The notes beneath the pieces are model-generated. The model was not told the origin of the DNA, searched no databases, and saw nothing but the letters and a program-made list of their open reading frames with translations. A DNA stretch of 64,000 nt from positions 17,651 to 81,650 of the forward strand of contig JBJXFH010000102.1 in NCBI GenBank assembly GCA_046155365.1, read 5' to 3'. Numbering within the stretch: position 1 is the stretch's first letter; every line of letters starts with the position of its first letter. Made by a program: the position numbers and the translations under genes. This stretch comes from Acidimicrobiales bacterium (GTDB lineage Bacteria > Actinomycetota > Acidimicrobiia > Acidimicrobiales > CAIXPF01). Shown in pieces: positions 9,117 to 17,063 of this stretch.

Positions 9117-10514
9117 CTATCCCCTGCAACCGGCGGGAAGGTCACCGAACCACGCCAACATGGTGGGCCCGTTGGCGCACAGCGGGTGACGCGCGGGGAC
9201 CACCCCCGCGGTCGGCGCCGATCCGGGCGCGGTGGCGGTGGCGGTGGACTCGGGGTCGGGCTCGGTGCCGGTGAGTGAGCGGGCCATCGCTCCCAGGCCG
9301 AACAGCCCGCCACCGGAGCGGTCAACCCGGGTCACCTGGTAGTTGCCGGTATCCAGGCCGGCCCGTTCGGCGGCCTTGGCGTAGGCCATGTCACGATTGC
9401 CCACCTCGTCGATGAGACCGTTGGCCAGCGCGCTCTGCTCGTCGAAGATCAGCGCCCCGAGATCTCCCCGTACGGCGTCCTCGGTGAGCTCTCGTCCCGC
9501 GGCCACATGGGCCACGAACTGCCCGTAGTTGTTGTCGACCCCGGTCTGTAGCACCTTGCGTTCTTCAGCGGTGAACTCCCGGAACGGGTTGCCCAGGTCC
9601 TTGGAACGACCGGCGGTGATGTACTCCTCAGTGATACCGCCGGTGGTCTCCACCCCCGAGCCCAGCAGCCCCCCGTCCATGGCCACCACGTCCTTGTAGT
9701 GGGCGAACGGACCGAAGATCACCCCGATGGAGCCGATCAAGGTGCCATGGTCCGCCACGATGTGGTCCGCACCGGCCATGGCGTACATCCCGCCGCTGGC
9801 GGACATGCCCCGCACGAAGGTCACCACCGGGCGGCCGGTGCTGGCCTGGTAGGCGCTCACGGCGTCGGCGATGGCCCGTGAGCCGAAGATGGTGCCGCCG
9901 GGGGTGTCCATCTCCAACACCACCGCCCTGATCCCGGGGTCGGCGGCGGCGGCTTCCAACTCGGCCTTGACGTCGTAGCCGTAGGTGGCGTCGACGAGGG
10001 AGGCGAACAGGCCGCCCCCCTCGTTCTCGCCCAGGATCACCCCGGTCACGGGGATGGCCAACACGGTGCGGGGGTTGCCCTCATCCCCGGTCACGAACGT
10101 TTGAGCCAGGCCGGTGGTGTCGGTGGGGGTGGCTGCCAGGTTCGCCAGCACGGCCACCATCACCAGCAGCATCGCCAGGAAGCCCAGCGACAAGGTGGTC
10201 ACCGCGGTCAGCACGATGGCCACGGTCTTGCCGATAGCGCGGCCCACCGATTCCCGGGCCACCAACCCGGTGAAGGGCACCGGCCCGCTGTACCAACCAA
10301 CCGGTCCCTGCAACGGTCCCGGCCCCTGTGGCGGGTTGGGCCCCTGTGGCGGGTTGGGCCCCGGACCGCCACCGGTTCCCCAACCGCCGGGGCCGCCGGG
10401 TCCCGCAGGTCCCCAACCGCCGGGGCCGCCGGGCGTGGGAGGCGGCCCTGAGGGGGGGGATGGCATGTTGCCGCCGGGGGGCCCGACATTGGGTCCGCTC
10501 GGTTGATCGTTCAT
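9117..10514 (-). CDS. sppA: signal peptide peptidase SppA (S49 family) with Pro/Gly-rich N-terminal tail
   Basis: ORF 9117-10580, start taken at MNDQPSGPN (complement of 10512-10514). It has a ~95-aa P/G-rich tail, one TM helix (VAIVLTAVTTLSLGFLAMLLVMVAVL) and an S49 core (VVLEMDTPGGT, GMSASGGMYAMAGADHIVA). Confidence 0.8.
   Translation of the reverse strand: MNDQPSGPNVGPPGGNMPSPPSGPPPTPGGPGGWGPAGPGGPGGWGTGGGPGPNPPQGPNPPQGPGPLQGPVGWYSGPVPFTGLVARESVGRAIGKTVAIVLTAVTTLSLGFLAMLLVMVAVLANLAATPTDTTGLAQTFVTGDEGNPRTVLAIPVTGVILGENEGGGLFASLVDATYGYDVKAELEAAAADPGIRAVVLEMDTPGGTIFGSRAIADAVSAYQASTGRPVVTFVRGMSASGGMYAMAGADHIVADHGTLIGSIGVIFGPFAHYKDVVAMDGGLLGSGVETTGGITEEYITAGRSKDLGNPFREFTAEERKVLQTGVDNNYGQFVAHVAAGRELTEDAVRGDLGALIFDEQSALANGLIDEVGNRDMAYAKAAERAGLDTGNYQVTRVDRSGGGLFGLGAMARSLTGTEPDPESTATATAPGSAPTAGVVPARHPLCANGPTMLAWFGDLPAGCRG
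10321..10356. repeat. perfect 18-bp tandem duplication (ggcccctgtggcgggttg x2) inside the sppA Pro-rich tail
   Basis: Read directly at 10321-10338 and 10339-10356. It encodes PNPPQG PNPPQG on the minus strand and is in frame (18 = 6 codons). Confidence 0.9.
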
Positions 10515-10639
10515 CGAATCACTCCCTGGGTGAGGCGCCGCCGGGGCCGGTCGGGGCGACGCCAGGTTGTGATCCAGCATGCATCGCCGCCGGCGTCACC
10601 CACGGTGATAGGGCGGGCGCCCGTCGGGGAGCGGGGCGT

Positions 10640-11605
10640 TCAGGCCGAGGTGGCCAGCTCCCGGCGTACCCCCGGCACCACCACCTCGAGATACGCGTCG
10701 AGGGCCTCGCCGTCCCATGGGGCCCGCAGCGCGATGTTGACCCCTTGGGCGCCGGCCTGGTGGTACGCCAGGATCTTCTCGATGGCCTGATCCGGTGTGC
10801 CCATCAGCGCGCCCTGGCCCACGTGCGCCGCCCGCTCGCCCCATTGCGCGTCGAGTTGCGCCTGCATGCGGACCTCGGCGGCGGCGTCCACCGACAGCAT
10901 GAACAACAGGTTCACGCTTCGCTCGAGGGTGGCGGGATCGCGGCCCAGGGCGGCACATTCGGCGTCGAGCGTGTCGTTGAGTCGGCGTAGCTTTCGGGGG
11001 TTGATGTACGCCGCGTTCCAACCATCGGCGTAGGCCGCGGCCAGCTTCGGCGTCCGCTTGGGCCCGGTGCCGCCCACCCACAGCGGCAATCGTCGCCCCC
11101 CGATCGGCGCCGGCAGACACGATGCCTGATGGGTTCGATAGAAGCGGCCCTCATGGGTCACACGCTCGATGGCCGGGTCCAACAGGTCCCTGACCAGGGG
11201 CAAGGCCTCTTCCAACATGTCGAATCGGGTGCCCAGGTCCGGGAAGTCGTATCCGAAGGCCATGGCCTCCTGATCGTGCCAGCCGGCGCCGAGGCCCAGC
11301 TCGAAGCGCCCATCGGAGAGGTGGTCCAGGGTCACTGCGGCCTTGGCCAGCAAGCCCGGATTGCGATAGAGCACGCAGAACACCAAGGTGCCGATGCGGG
11401 CCCGTTTGGTCTCCACGCACAACGCCCCCAAGGTGGCGATGGCCTCGAAGTGGGGTTGGGTGCCCCCCGCCGGTGGCGCCTCGTACAGGTGGTCCCAGGC
11501 CGAGATCCAGTCCAGGCCGGCGTCATCGAGACGGCGCCACACCGCCCGCATCTCGTTCATGGTCATGTTCTGCTGGCCCACGTGGGCGCCCAACTGGAAG
11601 GTCAC
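10640..11605 (-). CDS. LLM-class (luciferase-like) flavin/F420-dependent oxidoreductase
   Basis: ORF 10640-11605. TIM-barrel LLM pattern: MTFQLGAHVGQQN..., WISAWDHLY, FELGLGAGW, LPLWVGGTGPKRTPKLAAAYADGWN. Confidence 0.8.
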   Translation of the reverse strand: MTFQLGAHVGQQNMTMNEMRAVWRRLDDAGLDWISAWDHLYEAPPAGGTQPHFEAIATLGALCVETKRARIGTLVFCVLYRNPGLLAKAAVTLDHLSDGRFELGLGAGWHDQEAMAFGYDFPDLGTRFDMLEEALPLVRDLLDPAIERVTHEGRFYRTHQASCLPAPIGGRRLPLWVGGTGPKRTPKLAAAYADGWNAAYINPRKLRRLNDTLDAECAALGRDPATLERSVNLLFMLSVDAAAEVRMQAQLDAQWGERAAHVGQGALMGTPDQAIEKILAYHQAGAQGVNIALRAPWDGEALDAYLEVVVPGVRRELATSA

Positions 11606-11729
11606 GGCGCCGGACGTTATCGCCCCTCACGCCGACGCCTCCACAGGATTGTCCGGGGGATTCGCGACCGATCAGTGGTCAGCTGGATACGCTGCGTTGC
11701 CAACTGACCCGATGTCCGGGAGGACCACC

Positions 11730-12401
11730 ATGTCGATGAACCCGCCGGGATCCAACGAACCGCCCCAGGCGCCCGGGCCGGGCGTGCCTCCCGGTTACAC
11801 CCCTCCCCCTGGCGGTTTCACCCCGCCCGGCGGGTCCACGCCTCCCCCCGCGGGCGGTTTCACTCCTCCAGGCGCCGGCGGCTTTCCGCCTCCCGGTGGT
11901 GGCTTCACCCCTCCCGGCAGCGGCGGTTTCACCCCGCCCGCGGCTGGCGGGTTCTCGCCTCCCCCCGGCGGCGGCTTCGGGACGACAGCGGGCCAACTGG
12001 CCGAGTGGCCCCAACGCGCCCTGGGCGGCTTGATCGACTTTGTCGGCCCGTTTCTCGTGGCGATAGTGATCCTGGCCGTCGCCCGAAACTTTTTGGTCTA
12101 CGTGTTGTTCTGGCTCCTGAGCGCGGGCTGGGGTGCCTACAACGGGTACCTGAACGGATCTACCGGGCAGAGCATCGGCAAGAAAGTGGTCGGCCTCAAA
12201 GTCGTGGGTGAGCAGACCGGCCAAGTCATCGGAGGCGGTCAGGGCGTGCTCCGATGGGCCATCGCCGCGGTCCCTGGAATCATTCCGTGCGCCGGCCCCC
12301 TGTACAACCTGGTCGACCTGTTGTTCCCGCTGTGGGACCCGAAGAAGCAGACGCTGCACGATAAGGCCGTAAAGACCCTGGTGATCGTGGTTCCCAAGTG
12401 A
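11730..12401 (+). CDS. RDD family membrane protein with GGFTPPG-repeat N-terminal tail
   Basis: ORF 11388-12401, trimmed to ATG 11730 (MSMNPPG) behind GGGAGG at 11717-11722. The tail has about seven GGFTPP-like units. The RDD core has WPQRALGGLIDFVGPFL..., GQSIGKKVVGLKVV and LHDKAVKTLVI. Confidence 0.8.
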   Translation: MSMNPPGSNEPPQAPGPGVPPGYTPPPGGFTPPGGSTPPPAGGFTPPGAGGFPPPGGGFTPPGSGGFTPPAAGGFSPPPGGGFGTTAGQLAEWPQRALGGLIDFVGPFLVAIVILAVARNFLVYVLFWLLSAGWGAYNGYLNGSTGQSIGKKVVGLKVVGEQTGQVIGGGQGVLRWAIAAVPGIIPCAGPLYNLVDLLFPLWDPKKQTLHDKAVKTLVIVVPK

Positions 12402-12416
12402 TGGTTCCCAAGTGAG

Positions 12417-13349
12417 ATGACCGATCCCGTCACCGCTCCCGAGGTGTACGTCAGCCCACCCGACCAGTTCTTCCGGTTGGACGTCACCGAACGTCGTCGG
12501 ATCCTCGAACGGGTCGCCGACGGTGGTCTGGACGGGGTGTTCTATCCCGATCACGTCTCGTTCCGGAACGGATCGGGCATGGACGGGCTCATCATGTTGG
12601 CCGGCCTGTCCCAGCTGCACCCCACGTTGGGTGTCGGGGTGGGCGTCTACCTCTTGCCGTTGCGTCACCCGGTATTGGTCGCCCGTCAGCTGATCTCGTT
12701 GTGGGAACTCGCTCCCGGGCGCATCTCCTTCGGGGTCGGCGTGGGCGGCGAGGACCGTCACGAGATGGTGTCCTGCGAGGTGGACCCCCGCACCCGGGGT
12801 CGACGCTGTGACGAAGCCCTGGGCCTGCTCAATCCGTTGTTGGCGGGCTCCACCGTCTCCCACCAGGGCGAGTTCTTTCATCTCGACGAGGTGTGTCTGA
12901 AGCCGGTACCCGAACCTTCGGTGCCGATTTACGTGGGCGGTCGCTCCAATGCTGCGGTGACACGCGTGGCCCGGTTCGGGCAGGGGTGGATCGCCGCGTG
13001 GTGCTCGGTTGATCGATTCCGGACCGCCGTGGCCGATTGCGAGCGGCAGGCTGCGGAGCTGGGCCGCGGGGACGTGCGGTGGCACCATCAGCTGCAACCG
13101 TGGGTGGGGTTGGCGGCCAATCGGGACCAGGCCCGAGCGGCGGTGGCGGAGACCATGCAACGGTTCTACGGGCTCCCCTTCGAGGCCTTCGAACGGTATG
13201 TACCGTACGGTACGGTCCCGGAAGTGGCGGCGTTTCTGCGGCCCTACGTTGCCGCCGGCGCCGCCCGCCTGAACGTCACTGCCTGCGTGCCGCCAGGGGA
13301 CGACGCGGTGGACGCGGCAGCGCAGCTCAAAGTGGCCCTGTCCGGTTGA
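12417..13349 (+). CDS. LLM-class (luciferase-like) F420-dependent oxidoreductase
   Basis: ORF 12417-13349. Motifs GVFYPDHVSF, VGVYLLPLRHPVLVARQL, ISFGVGVGGEDRHE, IYVGGRSNAAVTRVARFGQGW. Confidence 0.8.
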   Translation: MTDPVTAPEVYVSPPDQFFRLDVTERRRILERVADGGLDGVFYPDHVSFRNGSGMDGLIMLAGLSQLHPTLGVGVGVYLLPLRHPVLVARQLISLWELAPGRISFGVGVGGEDRHEMVSCEVDPRTRGRRCDEALGLLNPLLAGSTVSHQGEFFHLDEVCLKPVPEPSVPIYVGGRSNAAVTRVARFGQGWIAAWCSVDRFRTAVADCERQAAELGRGDVRWHHQLQPWVGLAANRDQARAAVAETMQRFYGLPFEAFERYVPYGTVPEVAAFLRPYVAAGAARLNVTACVPPGDDAVDAAAQLKVALSG

Positions 13350-13414
13350 GCGGGGGCCCCGGGGCGCCTGGCGGGATTCCGTGACCGGACCTGCGCAGAC
13401 GTTACGGTGGGGCC

Positions 13415-13882
13415 ATGGAGCCGATCGGGACGCCAGCCTCTGCGACGACCCAACGGCTTCGGTTGTCTCCCCGCAAGGTGGGGGTGGTGGCCGCGGCGCT
13501 GGTGGTCCTCATCGTGGTGGTGGCGGTCGTGGTGGTGGTGGTTTCACGTCGGTCCGGCCCCCCCGGCCAGGACGAGGTAGCCGCGGAGCTGCAGACGGCC
13601 ATCAACGAGTTCGCGCCGGGCGGGCAGCTCACCCCTGACAGCCGCCGTTTCGACACCAGCGCCTTACGGGCCCGGTTGGAGGAACGGCTGGTGGGCTGGA
13701 ATGTGGACCTCGCAGCGGACAGTGACGGGACCCGGGTCGGTGCCGCCGCCCGACAGAACGAGGGTCAGGCCTGCGTCTTCGCCTGGTCCGACGTGGGCGC
13801 TTCCCAATCGGCGGTGGTCAATGATCCCGACCTGCCGTGTGTGGCGGAGATCGCCTTGATCCCGGCCAAGAACCCCGCCTGA
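13415..13882 (+). CDS. hypothetical single-pass membrane protein
   Basis: ORF 13415-13882 with one strong TM anchor (VGVVAAALVVLIVVVAVVVVVV) and a ~100-aa extracytoplasmic part containing two Cys. No family recognised. Confidence 0.5.
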   Translation: MEPIGTPASATTQRLRLSPRKVGVVAAALVVLIVVVAVVVVVVSRRSGPPGQDEVAAELQTAINEFAPGGQLTPDSRRFDTSALRARLEERLVGWNVDLAADSDGTRVGAAARQNEGQACVFAWSDVGASQSAVVNDPDLPCVAEIALIPAKNPA

Positions 13883-14068
13883 TCCCGCCGCCCGAAAGCT
13901 CCCCACCGGCGTTGGGGTAGATGTTCCATTTGCCTTGCGATGGGCGGGTTTTTCGGCCGCGGCTTGTCATCGGCGCGTCAGAAGCTGGGAACATGGTGGC
14001 CACCTTCCGTGGCGACCGCCGCTGGGAAGTCAGGCCCTTCGAAGGCGCAAGGCAGGACGTGGTACCTG

Positions 14069-14803
14069 ATGGACCGGGCATCGGCGATCATCATGGGGTT
14101 CCTGGGGGTTGTGCTGCTCAGCATCGCGGCCTTGTTCTGGGTTCTGACCAGCGGCGATGGGACCACCAACGAAGCCGCCCCCCTGCTGCGGACCGGCACC
14201 AGTTCGGCCGTGGGTGGGGTCGGTTCCACCACCCGCTCCACCGCCGCCGACACCGTCAGGACCACTCCCACCTCCACCGCCACCCCGACGTCCACCACCG
14301 CCGGTGAGGGGTCAACAAGGTCCTCGGTGACAGTGACCACCGTCCCATCAATATCCACGGTCCTGCCCACCGTCCTGCCCACCGTCCCCAGCGTGAGCAC
14401 CAGCCGGCCACCCGCCAACGTGGGCGCAGCGTCTCCGCAGCTGGTCACCCTGCTGGGCCGGGTGGACGCCGGAGGGATCCGCTTTGGTTACCGCAGCGAT
14501 GATCTGAACGCCTCGGCCATGAGCCTGCTCGATGAGTTGGCCCAGCGGTTGCAGGAGGAGAGCGCTCTTCGTCTGTCCGTGGCCGGTCACACCGATGCGG
14601 ACGGCACCCCGGCGGACAACGCTGCGCTCAGCGCCCGTCGTGCCAACGCCGTGGTGGATCACCTGGTGAGCCGGGGAGTGGCGGCCGACAGGCTGGAGAT
14701 CAGGGCCGCGGGCCATCTGGAGCCCATCGCTGACAACAGCAGTGACACCGGCCGAAGCGCCAACCGACGGGTGGAGATCGAGCTGCTGGGAGCGGGCCGA
14801 TGA
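14069..14803 (+). CDS. OmpA/MotB-like peptidoglycan-binding domain protein, membrane anchored
   Basis: ORF 13940-14803. Start taken at ATG 14069 (MDRASAIIMGFLGVVLLSIAALFWVL); 13940 is the alternative. It has a Thr/Ser/Pro-rich linker. The C-terminal OmpA-like motif is VAGHTDADGTPADNAALSARRANAVVDHLVSRGV...NRRVEIEL. Confidence 0.8.
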   Translation: MDRASAIIMGFLGVVLLSIAALFWVLTSGDGTTNEAAPLLRTGTSSAVGGVGSTTRSTAADTVRTTPTSTATPTSTTAGEGSTRSSVTVTTVPSISTVLPTVLPTVPSVSTSRPPANVGAASPQLVTLLGRVDAGGIRFGYRSDDLNASAMSLLDELAQRLQEESALRLSVAGHTDADGTPADNAALSARRANAVVDHLVSRGVAADRLEIRAAGHLEPIADNSSDTGRSANRRVEIELLGAGR

Positions 14804-15546
14804 AATTGTTCGCCGACATCGTGCTGTTCATGGTGGTGGCGATGAGCCTGGGGATCGGCATCGGGTTTTTCATGTGGCGGTGGCGGCGGCACACCGTCAG
14901 CCGCGAGGAGTGGGATCAGCAATGCCGCCAACTCGAGGCCCAAGCGGCGCGGCTGAACGAGTTGAGCAACCGCTTGCGGGCCGTGTCCGACGCCAACCAG
15001 CACAACGGTGAGGACGCCCGCCGCCGTCGCGAGGTGCTCCAAAGTGTGCGGCTCGAGCGTGACCGTCTGGCCGGTGCGTTGGAGTTGGCCCAGCACGACG
15101 CGGTGCAGGCCCGTCACCACAGCGAGGAGTTGAGCGTCCAGCTGAAAGCGGTGGAGCGCCGCCTGGCCGAGCTCAGCATCAACCAGGCCCGGGCCCGGCT
15201 CAGCGGGGTGCGCCGGGGGGAGCAGCCGATCGGGGTGCCGGCGGCGGCGGAACGGGCCCGTCCGATTGAGCTACCGGGGTCCCCGGCGACGTCCGTTGGT
15301 GGTTCCCCGATCAGCGGGCCACCGCCGTCCATTGAACGACCGCCACGAACGATCGAGGCCCAGCCGATCCATGCCCGCCCGATGGAGGCCCGCCCGATCG
15401 ACGTGCGACACGCTGACGTGGGACCCGCTGAGGTGGGACCAGCTGACGGGTCCACGGCTGATGTGCGGCCGGCTGAAGCGAGCCCGGGGGTCCCTGCCTC
15501 CGGCCCACAGCAGAGCCCGCAGCGCGCCCCCGGTGTTGCCGGCTGA
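14800..15546 (+). CDS. hypothetical membrane-anchored coiled-coil protein with degenerate C-terminal repeats
   Basis: ORF 14800-15546. Its start overlaps the upstream stop by 4 nt (ATGA). It has an N-terminal TM helix (IVLFMVVAMSLGIGIGFFMW) and a heptad-like Glu/Arg/Leu-rich segment. The tail is low complexity: IEAQPIHARPMEARPIDVRHADVGPAEVGPADGSTADVRPAEA. Confidence 0.55.
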   Translation: MKLFADIVLFMVVAMSLGIGIGFFMWRWRRHTVSREEWDQQCRQLEAQAARLNELSNRLRAVSDANQHNGEDARRRREVLQSVRLERDRLAGALELAQHDAVQARHHSEELSVQLKAVERRLAELSINQARARLSGVRRGEQPIGVPAAAERARPIELPGSPATSVGGSPISGPPPSIERPPRTIEAQPIHARPMEARPIDVRHADVGPAEVGPADGSTADVRPAEASPGVPASGPQQSPQRAPGVAG

Positions 15547-15611
15547 GGTCGTCCTCCGAACGAACCCACGAACGCCGTTCCTGTCCGGGACTGCTAGCGT
15601 GTCGTTCCCGA

Positions 15612-16745
15612 ATGGCGACATTCCCCGCCCGGATCGTGGATGGCCACGGCCGACTCCGTACAAGGACGCCGTTGAGGCGCCCCCTGGCGTGGTTTCGGAC
15701 CCGCCAGTTGGCACGCGTCGCAACACGGGGCGTGTGCCGGGCCACCGGTCCGGCACTGGCCGTCCTGGTGGTCTTCACCCTGACGGTGCTCCCCGTCGCC
15801 CCGGGGGCTGCTCGCGGTTCCGCTCTGAGCTTGGCGGCGCTGCAGGAGGACACCACCGTCGGCGGCGCTGAGGCTGCGTTCCAAGAGGCCGAGGCGGCCT
15901 TCGCGGCGGCTGAAGCCGAGGTGGCGCGGGCTGAAACGCACCGGCAGGAACTCGACGCCATCGCCGCCGAGCGTGAGGTGGCGTTGCGGGAACTTGACGG
16001 GGCCACCCTGACCCGGGTGTTGGCCTACGAGAGCACCCTCCGACGGGCCCGTGACCTGGCCGTTGACGCGTACGTGCGCGGAGGACGCCAAAGCGAGCTG
16101 GCTGTGCTGATGGCTTCGGAGCACGGCGGTGAGGCGATGGTGGGCTCCCAGTTGCTGGCTGGTGGCGTGGACCAGGCCGCGGACGCCGCCGCCGCCTTGC
16201 AGAGCGAACGGGTACGCCTGGACCGCCAGGTGGTGCAGGTCGGCACCGATGTGGCCGCGTTGCGCCGGGAATTGGGTATGGCCGACAGCGCGGTGGCGGC
16301 GGCGCTGACCAACCGTCAACAGACCTACGAGGCGCTGTTGGCGGCCATCGACCGGCTGGCAACCGTGGAGGCCGCGGCGCGTGCGCAGGCCGCCGCCGAG
16401 CAGGCCACCAGCGCAGCGGACCCTTCCGACGAGCCGCCGCCAACGTCAAGCCCACCCACCCGTACTGCGCCGCCTCCGCCGCCCCCGCCGGCCGGGGACC
16501 GCTTGGCCGAGGCCTGGGCCAAGCTGCGCGACTGCGAATCGGGCGGGGACTACCAGGCCATCGGCGGGGGTGGGATGTACCGGGGGGCGTACCAGTTTTC
16601 CCAGTCCACATGGGAGTCCGTTGGGGGCACCGGTGACCCGGCGGAGGCAACGCCCGAGGAGCAGGACTACCGAGCCCAGCTGCTGTACGAGCGCAGCGGC
16701 TCTGGTCAGTGGCCCTATTGCGGGCGGTACCTGGACGAGGTCTGA
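15612..16745 (+). CDS. Rpf-type transglycosylase-like domain protein with coiled-coil and Pro-rich linker
   Basis: ORF 15612-16745 with a signal/anchor (ALAVLVVFTLTVLPVAPGAA) and an Ala/Glu-rich coiled-coil region. A PPPPPPP linker precedes the C-terminal resuscitation-promoting-factor-like domain WAKLRDCESGGDYQAIGGGGMYRGAYQFSQSTWESVGG. The true start may be further downstream. Confidence 0.8.
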   Translation: MATFPARIVDGHGRLRTRTPLRRPLAWFRTRQLARVATRGVCRATGPALAVLVVFTLTVLPVAPGAARGSALSLAALQEDTTVGGAEAAFQEAEAAFAAAEAEVARAETHRQELDAIAAEREVALRELDGATLTRVLAYESTLRRARDLAVDAYVRGGRQSELAVLMASEHGGEAMVGSQLLAGGVDQAADAAAALQSERVRLDRQVVQVGTDVAALRRELGMADSAVAAALTNRQQTYEALLAAIDRLATVEAAARAQAAAEQATSAADPSDEPPPTSSPPTRTAPPPPPPPAGDRLAEAWAKLRDCESGGDYQAIGGGGMYRGAYQFSQSTWESVGGTGDPAEATPEEQDYRAQLLYERSGSGQWPYCGRYLDEV

Positions 16746-16751
16746 GGACGG

Positions 16752-17063
16752 TCAGTCCTCGGCGGGCATCAGGTGCGGCGCGTGGGCCTGGATGAGCGCC
16801 ACCACCGCTGGTGCCGAGGGGTTCACGAGCGCACGGTCGGCCACCCGTACCGTGGGCACCACCTCGTTGCCATCGGCGACGGAGCGCACGAACGCCGCCG
16901 CGGTGTCATCGGCCCAGATGTCACGCTTGTCGAGCTGCACACCGAGACGGTCGAGCTGTCGTTCCAGGGCGGCACAGAAACCACACCCGGCCCGCCAATA
17001 GAACTCGACCGTGGTGGCGGGACCGTCAGCGGGCGTGGGGGTTGGGTTGTTGCTGCTGCTCAC
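16752..17063 (-). CDS. glutaredoxin-family redoxin (mycoredoxin-like, CGFC active site)
   Basis: ORF 16752-17063. Motifs TVEFYWRAGCGFCAALERQL and VVPTV. It overlaps the upstream AI-2E transporter stop by 4 nt. Confidence 0.75.
   Translation of the reverse strand: MSSSNNPTPTPADGPATTVEFYWRAGCGFCAALERQLDRLGVQLDKRDIWADDTAAAFVRSVADGNEVVPTVRVADRALVNPSAPAVVALIQAHAPHLMPAED

Noticed and set aside
15547-15740. Possible c-di-AMP (ydaO-type) riboswitch upstream of the Rpf-like gene, as found ahead of rpf and cell-wall hydrolase genes in Actinobacteria
   Set aside because: I could not find the conserved ydaO core elements as I remember them (the two ...AAUC... segments, GGGGA..CC, ACGGGGU.AAUC). Only a lone ACGGGG is present. 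An Infernal scan with RF00379 would settle it.
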